The notes under the pieces were generated by a model that saw nothing but the letters and a program-made list of their open reading frames with translations, had not been told where the DNA came from and searched no databases. A stretch of 64,000 nt of DNA from Escherichia coli (GTDB lineage: Bacteria > Pseudomonadota > Gammaproteobacteria > Enterobacterales > Enterobacteriaceae). The stretch is from the NCBI RefSeq assembly GCF_030013595.1, contig NZ_CP122768.1; one strand, written 5' to 3'. The number at the start of each line of letters is the position of its first letter. Within the stretch, counting starts at the first letter, position 1. The translations under genes and the position numbers were made by a program. Positions 60,988 through 64,000 of this stretch are shown here, piece after piece.

Positions 60988-61770
60988 ATGCGCACAAGCG
61001 ACGTTACGCAACTGATGGATCTGGCGATGGGGCTGTGGTTTCCCTTCGTGCGCATTATGGCGTTTCTGCGCTATGTGCCGGTGCTGGATAACAGCGCCCT
61101 GACCGTGCGCGTGCGGATCATTTTGTCGCTGGCGCTGGCAATCATCATCACGTCGTTGATCCCCCATCCCATTCCCCATGATTTGCTATCGCTCAACAGC
61201 CTGATCCTGACGGTGGAGCAAATTTTATGGGGCATGTTGTTCGGGCTGATGTTTCAGTTTCTGTTTCTCGCGCTACAACTCGCCGGGCAAATTCTCTCGT
61301 TCAATATGGGGATGAGCATGGCGGTGATGAACGACCCGAGCAGCGGCGCATCGACCACCGTGCTGGCGGAGCTTATCAACGTCTACGCGATCCTGCTGTT
61401 TTTTGCCATGGATGGGCATCTGCTGCTGGTGAGCGTGCTGTATAAGGGTTTCACCTACTGGCCGATCGGCAACGCGCTGCATCCGCAAACCCTGCGCACC
61501 ATCGCGCTAGCCTTTAGCTGGGTGCTGGCGTCCGCATCGCTGCTGGCGCTGCCGACCACCTTCATTATGCTGATTGTGCAGGGCTGCTTTGGCCTGCTTA
61601 ACCGTATTGCACCGCCGCTGAACCTCTTTTCACTGGGCTTTCCCATCAACATGCTGGCGGGGCTGGTCTGCTTCGCCACCCTGCTCTACAACCTGCCGGA
61701 TCACTATCTGCATCTGGCGAATTTTGTCCTGCAACAACTCGACGCGCTGAAAGGTCACTATGGCGGATAG
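60988..61770 (+). CDS. lfiR: FliR-like export gate protein
   Basis: ORF trimmed to ATG 60988 (MRTSDVTQLMDLAMGLWFPFVR...), polytopic membrane protein. Confidence 0.85.
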   Translation: MRTSDVTQLMDLAMGLWFPFVRIMAFLRYVPVLDNSALTVRVRIILSLALAIIITSLIPHPIPHDLLSLNSLILTVEQILWGMLFGLMFQFLFLALQLAGQILSFNMGMSMAVMNDPSSGASTTVLAELINVYAILLFFAMDGHLLLVSVLYKGFTYWPIGNALHPQTLRTIALAFSWVLASASLLALPTTFIMLIVQGCFGLLNRIAPPLNLFSLGFPINMLAGLVCFATLLYNLPDHYLHLANFVLQQLDALKGHYGG

Positions 61771-62899
61771 CAGCAGCGAAGAAAAAACAGAGAAACCCTC
61801 GGCGCAAAAGCTGCGTAAAGCGCGTGAAGAGGGGCAACTGCCACGCTCGAAGGATATGGGGCTGGCGGCGAGCCTGTTTGCGGCGTTTGTGGTGATCTCC
61901 AGTAGCTTCCCGTGGTATGCCGATTTTGTGCGCGAGAGTTTTATCAGCGTGCATCAGTACGCGCAGGAGATTAATAACCCGGATGTGATCGGCCAGTTTC
62001 TGCGCCATCACCTGTTAATTCTCGGCAAGTTTATTCTCACCTTGCTGCCGATGCCCGCCGCCGCGCTGCTCTCCTCGCTGGTGCCCGGCGGCTGGCTGTT
62101 CTTGCCGAAAAAAATCCTCCCGGATTTCAGCAAAATCAGCCCGTTAAAAGGCATTGGGCGACTGTTTTCCAGCGAACATCTGGCGGAAACGGGAAAGATG
62201 ACGGTGAAGTCGGTGGTGGTGCTGGTGATGCTGTGGGTAAGCCTGCGCAATAACTTTGTCGCCTTTCTCGGCCTGCAGGCACTGCCGTTCAAAGTAGCGA
62301 TGAATGACGGTTTATCGCTCTACGCCAGCGTGATGCGCAACTTTGTCATCCTGTTTATCTTCTTTGCGTTAATCGACGTGCCGCTGGCGAAAGCCCTGTT
62401 CACCAAAGGGCTGAAGATGACCAAACAGGAGCTGAAAGAAGAGTATAAAAATCAGGAAGGCAAGCCGGAAGTGAAGGCGCGCGTGCGGCGGCTGCAACGG
62501 CAGCTGGCGATGGGGCAAATCCGCAAAGTGGTGCCGAAAGCCAACGTGGTGATCACCAACCCGACCCACTACGCCGTTGCGTTGCAGTACGACCAGTCGC
62601 GCGCCGCCGCGCCGTTTGTGGTGGCGAAAGGCACCGATGAAATCGCCCTCTATATTCGCCAGGTCGCCACGGAGAATCAGGTAGAAGTGGTCGAGTTCCC
62701 GCGGCTGGCGCGCTCGGTTTACTACACCACCCAGGTGAACCAACAAATTCCGTTTCAGCTTTACCGGGCCATTGCCCACGTTCTGACCTACGTCCTACAA
62801 ATGAAACACTGGCGCGAGGGCGCACAGCCGCGCCCGGCCCTGAACAGACATATTTCCATTCCCAAAGAGGTGCTTAAACTGGATGGCGAAAACAACTAA
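61760..62899 (+). CDS. lfhB: FlhB-like export switch protein
   Basis: 379 aa, MADSSSEEKTEKPSAQKLRKAREEGQLPRSKD... with NPTH autocleavage motif (...VVITNPTHYAVAL...). Confidence 0.9.
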   Translation: MADSSSEEKTEKPSAQKLRKAREEGQLPRSKDMGLAASLFAAFVVISSSFPWYADFVRESFISVHQYAQEINNPDVIGQFLRHHLLILGKFILTLLPMPAAALLSSLVPGGWLFLPKKILPDFSKISPLKGIGRLFSSEHLAETGKMTVKSVVVLVMLWVSLRNNFVAFLGLQALPFKVAMNDGLSLYASVMRNFVILFIFFALIDVPLAKALFTKGLKMTKQELKEEYKNQEGKPEVKARVRRLQRQLAMGQIRKVVPKANVVITNPTHYAVALQYDQSRAAAPFVVAKGTDEIALYIRQVATENQVEVVEFPRLARSVYYTTQVNQQIPFQLYRAIAHVLTYVLQMKHWREGAQPRPALNRHISIPKEVLKLDGENN

Positions 62900-64000
62900 A
62901 TCGTTCCTCGCGCTGCTGCGCGGCGGCAATCTCGGCGTGCCGCTGGTGATACTTTGTATTCTGGCGATGGTTATTCTGCCGCTGCCGCCTGCGCTGCTGG
63001 ATATTCTGTTCACCTTCAACATTGTGCTGGCGGTGATGGTGCTGCTGGTGGCGGTGTCGGCGAAACGACCGCTGGAATTCAGCCTGTTCCCGACCATTTT
63101 GCTGATCACTACCTTAATGCGCCTGACGCTCAACGTTGCTTCTACGCGCGTGGTGCTGCTGCACGGGCATCTCGGCGCGGGCGCGGCGGGTAAGGTGATT
63201 GAGTCGTTTGGTCAGGTGGTGATTGGCGGCAACTTTGTCGTCGGTTTCGTGGTGTTTATCATCCTGATGATCATCAACTTTATTGTCGTCACCAAAGGGG
63301 CCGAGCGTATTTCCGAGGTTTCTGCCCGCTTTACCCTGGACGCGATGCCCGGCAAACAGATGGCGATTGACGCCGATCTTAACGCCGGGTTGATCAACCA
63401 GGCGCAGGCGCAAACCCGGCGTAAAGATGTTGCCAGCGAGGCCGATTTCTACGGCGCAATGGACGGGGCATCGAAGTTTGTGCGCGGGGACGCCATCGCC
63501 GGGATGATGATTCTGGCGATCAACCTGATCGGCGGCGTCTGTATCGGGATCTTCAAATACAACCTGAGCGCCGATGCCGCCTTCCAGCAATATGTGCTGA
63601 TGACCATCGGCGACGGCCTGGTGGCGCAGATCCCGTCCCTGCTGCTCTCCACCGCGGCGGCAATTATCGTCACCCGCGTCAGCGACAACGGCGATATCGC
63701 CCATGACGTGCGCCACCAGCTGCTGGCAAGCCCGTCGGTGCTCTACACCGCCACCGGGATCATGTTTGTGCTGGCGGTGGTGCCGGGGATGCCGCATCTG
63801 CCGTTTTTGCTGTTCAGCGCCCTGTTGGGTTTTACCGGCTGGCGGATGAGCAAACGCCCGCAGGCGGCGGAGGCAGAAGAGAAAAGCCTCGAAACGCTGA
63901 CCCGGACTATCACCGAAACCAGCGAGCAACAGGTCAGTTGGGAAACCATTCCGCTGATCGAGCCTATCAGTTTAAGTCTCGGCTACAAGCTGGTGGCGTT
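62883..64000 (+). CDS. lfhA: FlhA-like export gate protein, 5' portion (continues beyond the window)
   Basis: ATG 62883 (MAKTTKSFLALLRGGNLGVPLVILCILAM...) open to the window end; FlhA TM domain motifs (...FTLDAMPGKQMAIDADL...). Confidence 0.88.
   Translation, partial: MAKTTKSFLALLRGGNLGVPLVILCILAMVILPLPPALLDILFTFNIVLAVMVLLVAVSAKRPLEFSLFPTILLITTLMRLTLNVASTRVVLLHGHLGAGAAGKVIESFGQVVIGGNFVVGFVVFIILMIINFIVVTKGAERISEVSARFTLDAMPGKQMAIDADLNAGLINQAQAQTRRKDVASEADFYGAMDGASKFVRGDAIAGMMILAINLIGGVCIGIFKYNLSADAAFQQYVLMTIGDGLVAQIPSLLLSTAAAIIVTRVSDNGDIAHDVRHQLLASPSVLYTATGIMFVLAVVPGMPHLPFLLFSALLGFTGWRMSKRPQAAEAEEKSLETLTRTITETSEQQVSWETIPLIEPISLSLGYKLVA

Noticed and set aside
63114-63929. 271-aa ORF on the minus strand
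   Set aside because: Antisense to the FlhA-like gene, whose membrane-domain motifs clearly identify the plus strand as coding.

Overview
This window is an Escherichia coli-type chromosomal segment, reverse-complemented relative to the K-12 map: a tRNA-Thr (thrW-like) island, then proA-proB-phoE-crl-frsA-gpt-pepD, prfH/rtcB remnants, yafP-yafO-yafN-dinB, and a complete Flag-2 lateral flagellar locus (lafU back to lfhA, which runs off the window end). All calls are from reading the sequence and the six-frame track against remembered protein families; no database search was run. The island (1-12985) has no integrase next to the tRNA and carries an AlpA-like gene, a split DUF3987/YfjI-like gene, a YagK/YfjJ-like gene, nested IS debris (IS3-family fragment, IS66-family remnant interrupted by an ISL3-family element), a truncated primase-like gene, a T5orf172-like gene, and two unplaceable AT-rich genes (532 aa and 198 aa) beside the tRNA. 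Within Flag-2 the most notable items are (i) an AT-rich EcoRII/Dcm-like restriction-modification pair inserted between lfgA and lfgM, with a 9-bp tandem repeat upstream of the endonuclease, and (ii) a variable region encoding a three-domain GT2 / GT25 / TagF-like enzyme plus a TagD-like cytidylyltransferase fused onto the end of the lfiJ operon, which predicts glycerol-phosphate-containing modification of the lateral flagellum. Two perfect sigma-54 promoter cores (upstream of lfgB and lafB), a LexA box at dinB, REP/BIME elements and four copies of a GC-rich composite palindromic repeat are also present. The best candidates for something undescribed are the tRNA-proximal gene pair and the flagellar glycosylation module; neither function can be established from sequence alone.
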